A DNA stretch of 64,000 bases, taken from contig JAHIZV010000169.1 of NCBI GenBank assembly GCA_018814445.1, forward strand, positions 2,162-66,161, in the 5' to 3' direction. Position numbers and translations under genes: made by a program. Each line of letters starts with the position of its first letter. The first letter of the stretch is position 1. The notes under the pieces were generated by a model. It searched no databases, had not been told where the DNA came from, and worked only from the letters and a program-made list of their open reading frames with translations. This document shows, in pieces, positions 49,055 through 60,300 of the stretch. This DNA comes from Verrucomicrobiota bacterium. Lineage in GTDB: Bacteria; Verrucomicrobiota; Kiritimatiellia; JAHIZV01.

Positions 49055-51207
49055 ATCTTCTGCGGGCGGGGCGCTTTGATCACTACTTCGCGCGAACCGT
49101 CGAGGGGCAGTTTGAATTCCAGTTCCACGATGTCGCCGGCGTGGCTTCGCGGAGGTCGACCCCAGCCCATCATAACCATCGCTTCATCACTGCCGGGCTT
49201 AGGCTTGAGAACCTTGATGTCCCTGCCGATTTCCTGTTCACGGCCGTCAACACAGACACCGAGCAGCGTCCGCTCCGCGACGAGATTGACGCGAATTCGC
49301 CAGGTTCGTTCCTGCAGTTGCCCGGGAAACCGGCCTTCCGTCGCGTTCACCTTGACCGAGACTTCGTCCTTGCCCCCGGTAATTTCAATTCTCGTTCGCG
49401 CGTATTCGCCGGACTGATACCCGAGGCCTTCTCCCGCGTCTTCGTATAGCTCGCGCAGGATTGTTCCCGCATGGCCGGGAAAGACCATGACCGTGATGGG
49501 GTCCCATGGGCGCTGGCCCGTGTAGCCCATTTCCGGAGCAGTGATAAGTGCGCCGCCGCGACGGACATACAGCGGGATGTGGCGAAGTGTCGATTTCTCT
49601 TCAATGGTCGTGGGTCCGTACACGATGTTGCCCGTCCACAAGTTCTGCCACATGCCGGGAGGAATCCATACCTGGGAGGTCGCAACGCGCGTCTTCTTGT
49701 CGGCGGGCTTCGTAACGGGAGCAACAAGCAGGTCATCGCCGAGGAGATATTCATCACTGCGATGAGCTTCGCGGTGCTCCGGCCACCCCAGAGACGGCTT
49801 GCGCAGGATGGGTGTGCCATCATCATAAGCCCGTCGCGCAGCGGTGTAGATGACTGGGAGGAGGCGGTAGCGTAGCTTGGCATATTCGCGAACGATGTCC
49901 GCCGCCTCTTCTCCGAAGAGCCAGGGGTAGCGGAAGATGCCTTCCCCGTATGTGCCGTGAATACGCGTGATCGTTCCAAGACATCCGTATTGAAGAAAGC
50001 GCACATACAGCTCGTCGTCCGGCTGACCGATATGACCGCCCAGGTCCTGGTGAACATATGGCAGAAGTCGCAGGCCTTCCTCAACGCTGTCGCAGATGCC
50101 TGTCTCGAGTTCCTTGTAGGTCGCCTGAATGTCTCCTGTCCACCAGATTGGAAACCGGTGTGAACCATGGTTCCGTGAGCGCATGCTCATAATCATCGTG
50201 CGTTTGTCCGGCGTGTGAGAGCGGATGATGTTCCAAAAGAGATACTGTCCCCACAGCGCTTGATCCATACCGGGATCCGGCTCCCGGATACTGTCGGGCC
50301 AGTTCTGATCGTACCACCACGAGTCGAGTCCCATGTCGAGGAAACCTGTTAATCCTTTGTACCGGAACTTCAGCATGGCAGGTTCCAGCGCCGCCATGCC
50401 GTTGGGTTGTGGATGATCGTTAAACATGAGGCGCACATTCTTCTTGTGTGCCCGGTCGATGAACCTCTGCATGTCCGGGAAGTATTTTTTCTCAACGTCA
50501 TAGCCGCCAGAACCGCCCACGCGCCAATCCGTATCCAGTACGAAAACGTCCAGTGGATAGTCCCTCTCGCAAAAAGCATCGATATCCCTGAGGGCATCTT
50601 CCTCCGTGAACGGATAGTAGAGACTGGTCCAGAAGCCGAACGCCCACAACGGGAGCAGAGGGATCTGTCCCGTGAGTTTCAGATACTCTTTGCGGGAGTG
50701 GTCCGGGCCCTGCGAGAGCAGGAAGAGGTATTTGTCCCGTCCCTTGAAACTCAGATCCCATCCGCTTGTGTGATAGAGGGGATCAGATTCAGAGATCTGA
50801 TCTTCCGGAGGGGGACACGCCCCCCACGGTGGAGGAATGAGTCGGGGACTGTCCGAAAGGACCCATGCCCGTTTCTTGCCCGGTGGAGCAAAGCAGTCAG
50901 GCTCGTACGAGGTCTTGTCCCCTCCCGACCAGATCGAAGTGCCGGAGTCCTTCTCACGCACCTCGATGCTGCTCCAGACCTTGTCGACGTTTCCTGTCCG
51001 CTCGGCAAGGATCATGCAACCTGGTAATTCGATTCGCATCAGTGATCCGTCCTCAATCACCCGAAACTCGGCACCCGGCCACTCCCGATCCACAACCAAC
51101 AACGTCGGGTTGTCCTCGAATCCCTCCGGTCCCCGCTCTTCAAAACGAAGCAGGGTGGGCGACAGTATACTGACCCGTACGAAATCAGATATTTGAAGAT
51201 ATTTCAT
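49051..51207 (-). CDS. GH31 alpha-glycosidase
   Basis: PLWAFGFW, PLDVFVLDTDW, WWYD, WTGD, DLGGH, LRYRLLPVIY, LGDDLLVAP and LYEDAG. Confidence 0.92.
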   Translation of the reverse strand: MKYLQISDFVRVSILSPTLLRFEERGPEGFEDNPTLLVVDREWPGAEFRVIEDGSLMRIELPGCMILAERTGNVDKVWSSIEVREKDSGTSIWSGGDKTSYEPDCFAPPGKKRAWVLSDSPRLIPPPWGACPPPEDQISESDPLYHTSGWDLSFKGRDKYLFLLSQGPDHSRKEYLKLTGQIPLLPLWAFGFWTSLYYPFTEEDALRDIDAFCERDYPLDVFVLDTDWRVGGSGGYDVEKKYFPDMQRFIDRAHKKNVRLMFNDHPQPNGMAALEPAMLKFRYKGLTGFLDMGLDSWWYDQNWPDSIREPDPGMDQALWGQYLFWNIIRSHTPDKRTMIMSMRSRNHGSHRFPIWWTGDIQATYKELETGICDSVEEGLRLLPYVHQDLGGHIGQPDDELYVRFLQYGCLGTITRIHGTYGEGIFRYPWLFGEEAADIVREYAKLRYRLLPVIYTAARRAYDDGTPILRKPSLGWPEHREAHRSDEYLLGDDLLVAPVTKPADKKTRVATSQVWIPPGMWQNLWTGNIVYGPTTIEEKSTLRHIPLYVRRGGALITAPEMGYTGQRPWDPITVMVFPGHAGTILRELYEDAGEGLGYQSGEYARTRIEITGGKDEVSVKVNATEGRFPGQLQERTWRIRVNLVAERTLLGVCVDGREQEIGRDIKVLKPKPGSDEAMVMMGWGRPPRSHAGDIVELEFKLPLDGSREVVIKAPRPQKI

Positions 51208-51242
51208 AATCACAATTGGGGGTAAGACTCTGAATCTTCGTC

Positions 51243-52487
51243 CTATGCACCGTTCACTAATTGCTTTCTTAACATAACCAATGGATGAATCAGGTAGAAA
51301 AATGGGAGCGTCCATTTTTTTCTGAGTCTGTAGTAGCTCTGAATTCGGACGGGAGACGCAAAGAGAAGTCGGCCGATGAAAAGGAGGCGTACCGGCCTGA
51401 AGAAGAAGCCGTGATGCACATCCATGCTCGCCTGGATCAGGCGGTCCACCCAGCCGATGCTGAGCAGTCTTCCGGTCAGCGTGGTGTCTGTTTTGAGCAT
51501 ATCGGTGGTAACGCCCAGAGAGGCCAGCACTTCCGCGGCCCGCGACCCAGGCAGGAGCAAGTCCAGCAGGCGGAGCGTTTCGACGAGTTCGCCATTAACG
51601 TTTTGCTCGCGCGATCTTTCCCCGATGACATTCCAGTTCAGCTCTTCTTTTTCAAGAAAGAGCATGAGATCGATGAACCACACGAGCCGGTTATCTCGCG
51701 ACGGCTTGAGGAACCACTCGGCGGGGCGGCTGTCACGGAGTCCCAGGAAGTTGATCAGGCCGTGTTTGGCCACGTGTAGACACAGGTATATCAGGGAGTC
51801 TTCCGGGGAGAGCGTCCCGATCTCGTGCCCGCTGGCGCGGAATGTGGTGACTCTGCTCAGAACGGCACGCATATCGATCCGCGCGAGATTCGCCTCATCC
51901 ACCAGGCCCCAATGAAGTTCAATCCAGGGAAGGGAGTCGCTCTCGTGCTTGAGGACAAGATGAAAATGCGCCCGCCTCATCATCAGTTCACTGAACCAGT
52001 TTCCCGCGACCGAATAGCCCATCGTCTTAAGGACATCCAGAGCGCGCTGGACGTTTCGTCTGTGTACAAGGATGTCGACGTCGTCATACGGCCTGACGAA
52101 AAGGCCGTGGTAGTAGGATTCATGCAGGTAGGGACCCTTCAGCACGGCGTAGATCAACCGGTTCTCGCGGAAAAGCGCATCGATCTTTCCCAGCATGACG
52201 ACGGTCACCTTGTGATGCATTTGCCGGCGACGGAGTTCCTGTGAAAGATGATCGCGGTACAGCTGCGGGATATTCATGTCGTCACGGGGAAGCAGAACCT
52301 GCGCGGCAAGAGGAAGCAGTCTGTGCGCGGCGAGAGCTTCGTAGGCCGTAGCCCAGTTCTCTATCTGCAGCTGTGCCCCGTCTTCGCGATGTGTAGCCAC
52401 GCCCAGCTTCCGCATGCAGTCCGTCAGTATGCTTTCAGCGGAGACCGTGCGCGGGTTGGATTTCGTTATGACCCGTTCTTCGTCCAT
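51243..52487 (-). CDS. nucleotidyltransferase-family protein (NTP_transf_5-like)
   Basis: VLKGP, RPYDDVDILV, IELHW, LCLHVAKH and LVWFIDL. Confidence 0.87.
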   Translation of the reverse strand: MDEERVITKSNPRTVSAESILTDCMRKLGVATHREDGAQLQIENWATAYEALAAHRLLPLAAQVLLPRDDMNIPQLYRDHLSQELRRRQMHHKVTVVMLGKIDALFRENRLIYAVLKGPYLHESYYHGLFVRPYDDVDILVHRRNVQRALDVLKTMGYSVAGNWFSELMMRRAHFHLVLKHESDSLPWIELHWGLVDEANLARIDMRAVLSRVTTFRASGHEIGTLSPEDSLIYLCLHVAKHGLINFLGLRDSRPAEWFLKPSRDNRLVWFIDLMLFLEKEELNWNVIGERSREQNVNGELVETLRLLDLLLPGSRAAEVLASLGVTTDMLKTDTTLTGRLLSIGWVDRLIQASMDVHHGFFFRPVRLLFIGRLLFASPVRIQSYYRLRKKWTLPFFYLIHPLVMLRKQLVNGA

Positions 52488-52545
52488 TAGCGACTCAACA
52501 CTTTGCCACGCTATCTCAGGAAAGAAAGTCTTTCGTGTCCCACAT

Positions 52546-52602
52546 GGAGGGCGAAGCTCGTGACACGGCGAAGCCCGCAGGGCGCAGATGGCTGCTGAGC
52601 CG
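52546..52602. repeat. possible REP-like remnant (GGAGGGCGAAGCTC...CTGCTGAGCCG)
   Basis: GC-rich hairpins in the divergent gap; similar GGAGGGTCGGC..GCTGACC hairpin near 48206-48229. Confidence 0.35.
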
Positions 52603-52691
52603 AATCATCGACGTATTATGTTTGCAACAGGTCGTCAAACTGGGTATTTCCTGACCGCCCGAATGCAATAAGGAAGAACGGATATACGACT

Positions 52692-53129
52692 ATGAACGAG
52701 GCTATGAATTTCTCAATAAACAGCCAGGATGTTGTCAACGAGACGATCGAAGGCGAAGTGATCATGATCAACATGAAAAGCGGCAACTACTACAGTGTTG
52801 ATCGAGTGGGCGCCGACATCTGGACCTGTCTTGAGAAAGGCCTGGCATCCGCGGATATTGTGGACGTCGTCGCGAAGAAGTACGCAGTGGATGCTGATAC
52901 GGTGAAAGACGAAGTGGACCGGTTCTTGAGCGAATTGAATGCGGAGAATCTTCTCTGCCCCGCTGAATCGTCCGCGTCCGCCGACGGGTTTGCCCTTGAG
53001 CCCGCAGGTGAGGGAGACTCGTTTCAGGCCCCTTCGCTTGACAAGTACGACGACCTTCAGGATCTGCTTCTCGCGGACCCGATTCACGACGTAGACGCCG
53101 GAGGCTGGCCGAACAATCCGGAGGCCTGA
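52692..53129 (+). CDS. PqqD/RRE-domain protein with acidic C-terminal extension
   Basis: RRE pattern (GEVIMIN...YYSVDRVGADIW...Y.VD...DV..FL.EL....LL) over residues 1-90, then a linker and FQAPSLDKYDDLQDLLLADPIHDVDAGGWP. Confidence 0.88.
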   Translation: MNEAMNFSINSQDVVNETIEGEVIMINMKSGNYYSVDRVGADIWTCLEKGLASADIVDVVAKKYAVDADTVKDEVDRFLSELNAENLLCPAESSASADGFALEPAGEGDSFQAPSLDKYDDLQDLLLADPIHDVDAGGWPNNPEA

Positions 53130-53146
53130 ACGGCGGGAACCTGAAT

Positions 53147-54217
53147 GTGACCGATCCTGCGACATCACCCGAACAGGAAGCTCGTATGATCGAGTTCCTC
53201 CGGGTCGCGCACGATCTGTTCGAGCGCGCCGCGGCGAACGCGGGCGGTGTCCGGGAGCACGTCTTTGAGATCGCCGGCCTCCACCTGAAACTGCGTTTCG
53301 CGGGCGAAGCGATTGTTCCCCATGTTCTGCCCGCGCTGGAACATCTGTCCGTTCCTCTCCATGAAGACGTAAGCGCCACGATCGACCTGTGGGATGAAGC
53401 CTCGACGGGCATCGTCCTTCCCCGTCCGCCGTGGAAAGAAACGGACTACGTCATACGCGGCGAGATTCCCGGCCTGTGCAGTAGAGAAATGCACACGGCA
53501 TTCGATCCGGGCTTTCGAGGACTCAGCATGCTCCACATCGCGGCGGGACGAGGGATCTTCCATCTGCCTGACGCGTCGCTGATTCCGTATTACGAGCACT
53601 CCTCCCCTCTGCGAAGCATTCTTCACCGGTGGCTTGAGGAGAACCGCAGGCAGTACATGCACGCGGGCGCAGTCGGGACGGAAAATGGCGGCGTGCTTAT
53701 CGCGGGTAAGGGCGGCTCCGGCAAATCAAGCACCTGCCTGAAATGCCTGTGCGCGGGCATGCTGTATGCCGGCGATGACTACACCGTGCTTGATCTTGAT
53801 GACATCCCCCGCGTTCACAGCCTCTACTGCACCGCCAAGCTTAACGCCGAAGACGTAGTGCATTTCCCCGAACTCAAAGGAGCAGTCCGGAACGAAGAAA
53901 CCATGGACGCCGAAAAGGCCCTGCTCTTCGTGCGTGGCTTCTTCCCCGGGAACATCGTCAAAGCGCTCCGGCTCCGGGCCGTGCTGATTCCGAGCGTAGG
54001 ACATCCGGGAACAGAGATAGTCCCCCTCTCACCGATCGCAGGACTGAAAGCCCTCGCCCCCAGCACCATCTTCCAACTCCCCGGCGCGGGCAGAAGAGCC
54101 TTCGAAACCCTCTCCGCGCTGGTAAAAAGGGTACCCTGCCACGCCCTCCATCTCGGCCCGGACCGAAACGAGATTCCTGATGTAATCAGATGCTTTCTGG
54201 AAGACGTTCAGCAGTAG
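53147..54217 (+). CDS. HPr-kinase-related serine kinase
   Basis: HAGAV....GVLIAGKGGSGKSST and YAGDDY; 17 bp after the RRE gene. Confidence 0.85.
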   Translation: MTDPATSPEQEARMIEFLRVAHDLFERAAANAGGVREHVFEIAGLHLKLRFAGEAIVPHVLPALEHLSVPLHEDVSATIDLWDEASTGIVLPRPPWKETDYVIRGEIPGLCSREMHTAFDPGFRGLSMLHIAAGRGIFHLPDASLIPYYEHSSPLRSILHRWLEENRRQYMHAGAVGTENGGVLIAGKGGSGKSSTCLKCLCAGMLYAGDDYTVLDLDDIPRVHSLYCTAKLNAEDVVHFPELKGAVRNEETMDAEKALLFVRGFFPGNIVKALRLRAVLIPSVGHPGTEIVPLSPIAGLKALAPSTIFQLPGAGRRAFETLSALVKRVPCHALHLGPDRNEIPDVIRCFLEDVQQ

Positions 54218-54335
54218 ACCTGCTGCGGATGTCAGATGGTCTCAATTCTCTGAACCGCGTCAACCGTCGAGAAAACTGCCGAACCGATTCTTGAATCAGG
54301 AGATGCGCCCCCTTTTCTTCCGCTCGACCTGTCTC

Positions 54336-57300
54336 TCAATTCTGCCAGAATGTGTAACGGTAACAAGCGCCGAAGGCGCAGATATTTGCATAAGCTGAGC
54401 CGCTCCACTTGGAGTCAAATCCACATTGTTTTACAGAACAACCACCACTATTGCAGCACGCCTCCAATGCAACACCACGTGATGCCGAGATATTTGCTGT
54501 TGCTGAAGCCAATTTGTCCAGCCCCGCCAAAGACGTCTCAAGTTCACCGCCACCGGTTGCTGTCAGAGTGACACCTCCCATGATCTTGCCACAGCCTCCG
54601 CTCTTTCCCTCGCAGCCGCCATCCACGAATTCAACCGATCCAGCCACCGTGCCTTCCACAGAGCCTTTGACACCGATGTAGCCGGAAATAGAGATATCCA
54701 TACCGGGTACACCTATATTGAACTGAGGGCCACCTACTACGGAAGCGCTTCCCTCGAGCGAGAAAGTCCACGATCCTCTTGTCTCCTCAGTCCACCCGCC
54801 AGGACAACACTCCTCGCACACCTCTCCTCTCAACTGAGTGGCAATCTTCATATCCCCCTGCAAACTAATCCAGCCGACAGGAGGGCCGATGTGGAAATCG
54901 CCGAGTCCCAATGAAAAGTCCTTATAGACGGCATGACAGTTGCGCTTAGCTGTCAAGCCTAGGGGGTCTACGTACACAACTGGACGATTCTCGACGAAGA
55001 CGTACAGATGTTGACCTCCTTGCTCTCCGATAGGATCCCGGGACAGCCATCTTCCCGAACTTGGGTGGTAATGCCGGTAGCCGAAATACAATAGCCCACT
55101 CGCGCTATCCAGTTCCTTTCCGTTGAATAGGAACCGCGACGTTTGGTTCGGCTGACTCGATACGAGAGTACCGAAGGGCGCGTATTCTAAACCGGCCATT
55201 TGCTCGTATGCATAGGTTGCCGCAATGCTCCCATTACCAGAGTTGAGCGGATTCATCAGCTCACCGGGATCGTTAACATCAATGCTGACGCCGAGGATTC
55301 CGCCGATGCCTCCAGCACTGTCAAGTGTTCCGGAGATGTCCATTCCTCGAACACAGACCTCGAGGTTCGAACTCTCACCATCCAGCACGGCCAAGGGAAT
55401 AAAATGACTATAGACGTACAGATTTGTATGACAGGCGCCCCCTTCGCCCTGAGTACGCTTATACCTTCGAGCCAAGCCGTCATATTGGCTTCCCATTACA
55501 TTCAATCCCGTTGCGAGCTTCGTGGCCCGAACAAGATGGTCTGCTTCGTCAAACGCATAAGCGAACTCTCCGTCGTTCGTCAGATTGCCGTTTGCATCGA
55601 AGGCGTAGGAATGTCCGCTGGCAACGACGCTGATCCGGCTGGTTGCGGACCGGCCGAAGACGTCGGTGGCAATGGCTATCCATTCGTTGGGTCCCGGTAC
55701 GACGGCCTGGTTGGTGACGACAAATGTTCCGTCGCTGAAGGTGTATACCGGTTGACTATTAACGGTAATGACAGCGTCGGTGATATTGACTGAGCCCATG
55801 ACGGCCATTACCCCCGCCCAGCCGCTTGTGGTGAGCTGATTCAGTTCGTTGTAACGAGTCGATGTTACAAAGCCGTTCTCGACCTTCTGGGTCATGTTTC
55901 CGGCGGGATCGTATGCGTAGCGGAACGAGTAACCCGGCCACGCCGAATCATCACCCATGTAGCCTTCGGCTGAAGTCAGTTGTCCGATGGCGTCGTAACC
56001 GTAGTCAATCCGCCTGCCGTCCTCGCGAACTACCCGGGTCCGTTGATCATGTCCGTCATAGGTGTACGCGAACGAGAGAAGAACATCTCCGGAGGATTTC
56101 TTATGCACAAGATTCGTGAGCCGCAGAAGGGCGTCATAATGGTAGACGGTTCTCACTCCATTCGGGCGAATGAGTTCAGCGGGAAGCCGGCCGTTGCGAG
56201 TGTACATGTAACTGTACGAGCCTTCCGGCGCGGATACGCTGACAATGCGGTCCAGTGAGTCAAAACCATAGCCGACGCTGATCCCGCAGTAGGCCATGTT
56301 GGTCAATCGCTTGCTGGCGTCGTAGCCATACAGGACGCTGTCGTTCTGGAAAGGACCATCCGTACCGGTTTCTTTCGTGCAGCCCTCGACGTAGGACCAC
56401 GTGGTCGTACCCACGCTGTCGATCATCTTTGTTCTTCGATTCAGGGCGTCGTACTCGAAGCCGACGTCCGGATCGCTGTGATAGTTGACGTTGGTCAGAT
56501 TGCCGTTCAGATCATAGGAGTAATAAGTCCATCGCCCGATGCAGTCCCGCTTCGCGCTCAATTGACCTTCATCGTCGTATTGATACTGCTCGCCGCTTAG
56601 ATCGTTGAATACCCGCGCCGTCTTTCGGCCTTCAGCATCGAAGCTGAAGTACGTGTGATGGCCGTTTTGATCGACGAGGTTGGTAACGTTGCCGAAAGCA
56701 TCATATTGATAGCCGATGCTGTGTCCGGAGTTGTCGACACGATTCGTCACCCGACCGAGAACATCGCGCTGATAGATTGAAATACGTCCCGCGCGGTCCG
56801 TTTCCCGCGCCAGGTACGTGTTGGTGTACTGTCTGTCGACAAACGTACCATCCGGCAGATAAGTCCGCAGTGGCCGGCCAACTTCATCGAAGGTGTTGGA
56901 GATGACCAGTCCGCTCGCGTCACGAAACGCCACGAGCCATCCCAACGCATTATACCAGTTGCTCTGCACCAGCAGTCCGTCACGCATGATGCCGGTCAGT
57001 TTGCCAAGGCCATCGTAGGTACGCTGTTCGGCAATCCCGTTGGGGTCCTGCATGCCGGTCAGTCGCCCCAATCCGTCATAGTAGTTACTGGTGATGAACC
57101 CTCGGCAGTCGCGGATGCTTATAGGCCTGTTGGCGGCATCATACGTATACGATATTGCTTCTCCCATTGCGTTTGTCCGGCAAAGCCGGTTGCCGACCAG
57201 ATCATATGAGTACGTGGTCGTGCTTCCGCCGGGCGAAGTCTCTGACGTGAGGTAGCCAAACTGGTCATAATCGAGCAAGGTGGCCCTTCCGAGACGGTCT

Positions 57301-60300
57301 TCCTGAGTGCGGATACCGTCCGGACCGTATGACCAGGTGCGAAAGGCGCCCGATCCGACATCTGTTTCCATGATCTTCCGGCCCAGTCCATCGTATGCAT
57401 TCGTGATGATCTGTCCGGAGGGTGTGGTTTCAACTCGCAGTCTGCCTTTGTAGTCGTAGGTGTAGTACGTCGTATAGCCCAGCGGGTCGGTCTGCGATTC
57501 GGGATAACCCCATACGTCATATCCGACGATCGTCATTCCTCCGGATGGTGAGACAACATTGGTCGGTTGACCATAAGCGTTGTAGCGAATGGTCTGGGTG
57601 CTTCCGTCGGGGAAGGTTGTTGAAATCGGATTCCCGCGCCAGTCGTAAGTGTACCGTGTAACGTGGCCGAGAGCGTTGGTCGTGGTCACAAGATGACCAC
57701 GCTCGTCATAACCATACTTTGTGACGTTGCCATGCGGATCGGTTACTGCAATGGTGCGTCCAAGTGAATCGATCGTGTTGGACCAGAATGTGCCGTCCCG
57801 CTTACGTTCTGTCTGAACCTGGCCAAGTGCATCGTAGGTGAACGTCTGGTAGGTTCCGTCAGGATAGTCAACGCGCGTAATCCTGTTGCTTCCATCCCGT
57901 GTATTTGTCGTCGTGCGGCCCAACGGGTCGGTCATTGCCTGCAGATGCACGGGATACGTGTTGTCGGTGTAGCTCCAGTTCCAGCTTCTTCCCGCACTGT
58001 CGACTTCGGATGTGACTACGCCGAAATGAGCTGACAGGCCGTACGTGTGCGTATTGCCGAGGCGATCCACGTACGACGACATGAACCCCTGATTCCCGAC
58101 ATAACTGTAATTCTGCGCCTCTCCGGCTTCGTTCGTGATGACCGCTACGCGCGTGCGATTCTCGTCCGGGTAGTAGCAGTACTTCTTTGAGCCATCCCCG
58201 TACTCGACCACATGCATGCCCGGCTGATTGGTCGGGAACGTCAGCCTCGCCACGAGCGCGCTGGTTACCAGGTGCCGCTCTTCATAGATCATGCCCGACA
58301 CGCCGACAGGCGCCTCGGGGCTGTTGTCTCTTTCCCGCTGATAGGAGTAGGCCATTCGGCTGTAGGGCGGCGGATACATTGGGTCATCTGCGCCTATAAG
58401 CACGGGGCGCCAGTATTTCCCCGGGGGAGGCGAGCGGTAAGAATACTTGGCCGATGTGCCGTCACCATAGTTCGCGCGTCTCAACGCGCCGTGACCGATT
58501 CCGTCAATGAACATGGAGTCATACTCGTAACTGACCACGCGGCCATCACTGCCGGACGCGCAGAGGATAAACTCCGGCGCAATCCAGATCACGGAACTGA
58601 AGTCGTTCGCCTCGTCCACATACGGATTGTTCGTGTCGGTAAGCCAGTTGGTTCCGTTCACGATGAACTTGTACTGATAGACTCCCTCCGCAAGATCGAC
58701 CGCTCCGGTCCAGAGGCCGCCTCCCGCATCGTACATCTGATAGTTCGATGTCGGGCTGTAATCGCGCCCGGGCAGACGCACGCAGGAACCCGTCAGACTG
58801 ACGAAGTTGAACGCGAAATTCCCGAACGTATCTTTGCTTCCCGACGCTCCGTCCCCGAGGAAATACCCCGACAGATAACGGTCGTTGCCGCTTGTTCCGT
58901 CGCTGGCGAGCACTCCTGCAATGAAACATGTCGAAACAGAAGATACCGCCTGTGCGTTCAGCGACGTCCACGGTATGCTCACCTCCCAGCGTTCCGTGAT
59001 CCGGTTGCCGTCTCCGTCCGTTGAAGTTGTTGGATTGGTTCCGGTTCCGTCGAACTGCGAAATGCGAGCCCCGGCCACCGCATTGAATCCGCCCGAGCCG
59101 CCAAGATAGAAAGCGCCCTGGCCATATTGGTATCCTGAACCGATCTGGAACGCATAGGAATTGGCATCCCCCCATTCATCGCCCAGCAGGATGGCGATAT
59201 CCATCGGGTGGGCAAACTTCACGTTATGCAAGTAATCGAGAGCGTAGGGTTGGCCGGTCTTCTGCCAGAGGTTCGACGCATTGTCGGTAAGCGTGTCAAA
59301 ATCCAGAAAGACAATCATCCCGTTGTGGTCGTCTGACACATCAAGGCCAATGCCGCCGACATAGAAGTTAGTCGCGTCATAATTAACGTAGATTTGGCCG
59401 AAGCTTCCGTATCCGCCTGAACCGGAGGTGATCCATGATCCGCCGTTTGTATTGAAGTCGAAGTTATCACCGATGTTATTCTGGTCGGCTCCTGGCGGGT
59501 CTGCGGTGACGAGCGGAGACCCGTTCGTCGCGGCGTTACTTTCAGGGGTACAGCACGGGGAGGACTCCTGCAGTTGCCAATAAGGATCACGGCCGGGCAT
59601 GCGAAGCCTTGTTCCTGTCAGGCGCATAAAATTGAAGCCGAACTCGTTGTTCTGATCGAGCGGACCCTCTGCGGAATCTCCCAGGTATCCTGCCGAAAGA
59701 TAGCGGTTGTTGCCGCTGACATTCTGGCTCGCGACTACGCCCGCGACAACGCAGGTCGTGATGGAAGAGATATCGGATGCGCCAAGATCCGACCACGGTA
59801 TCTTAACTTCCCAGCGATCTGTGAGTCGATTTCCGTCGTCGTCGGTGGAAACGGTTGCATTGGTTCCTTCGCCATCAAACTGTGAGACCGTTGCCCCGCT
59901 TACAGGGACAAACGCCCCGCTGCCGCCGAGAAGGAACACACCCTGTCCAAAGTTGTAGCCCGACCCGAGTTCGAAGGAAGGATAGTTACCGTCACCATAC
60001 TCATCGCCCAGCACCATGGCGATATCCATGGGGCGAACGAATTCGACATTGTGCAAGTAATCCAGACCGTTGGGCGCGCCGGTCTTATTCCAAAGATTCG
60101 AGGCGTTTTCAGCCAGTGTGTTGAAGTCCAGAAACAGGATCATAGCATCGCCATCGCCCAGCATCTCGCAGTCGTATGCTCCGACATAGAAATTTGTCTC
60201 ATCGTAGTTGAAATAGACATTCCCGAGACTCCCAAATGAACCACCCGCGGAGGATGTTATGAGTGGACTGCTATTGGTAGTCAGGTCGAACTTGTCGCCC

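Noticed and set aside
51243-54217. Complete lasso peptide cluster
   Set aside because: No asparagine-synthetase-like cyclase, B2 peptidase or standalone precursor was found in the window.
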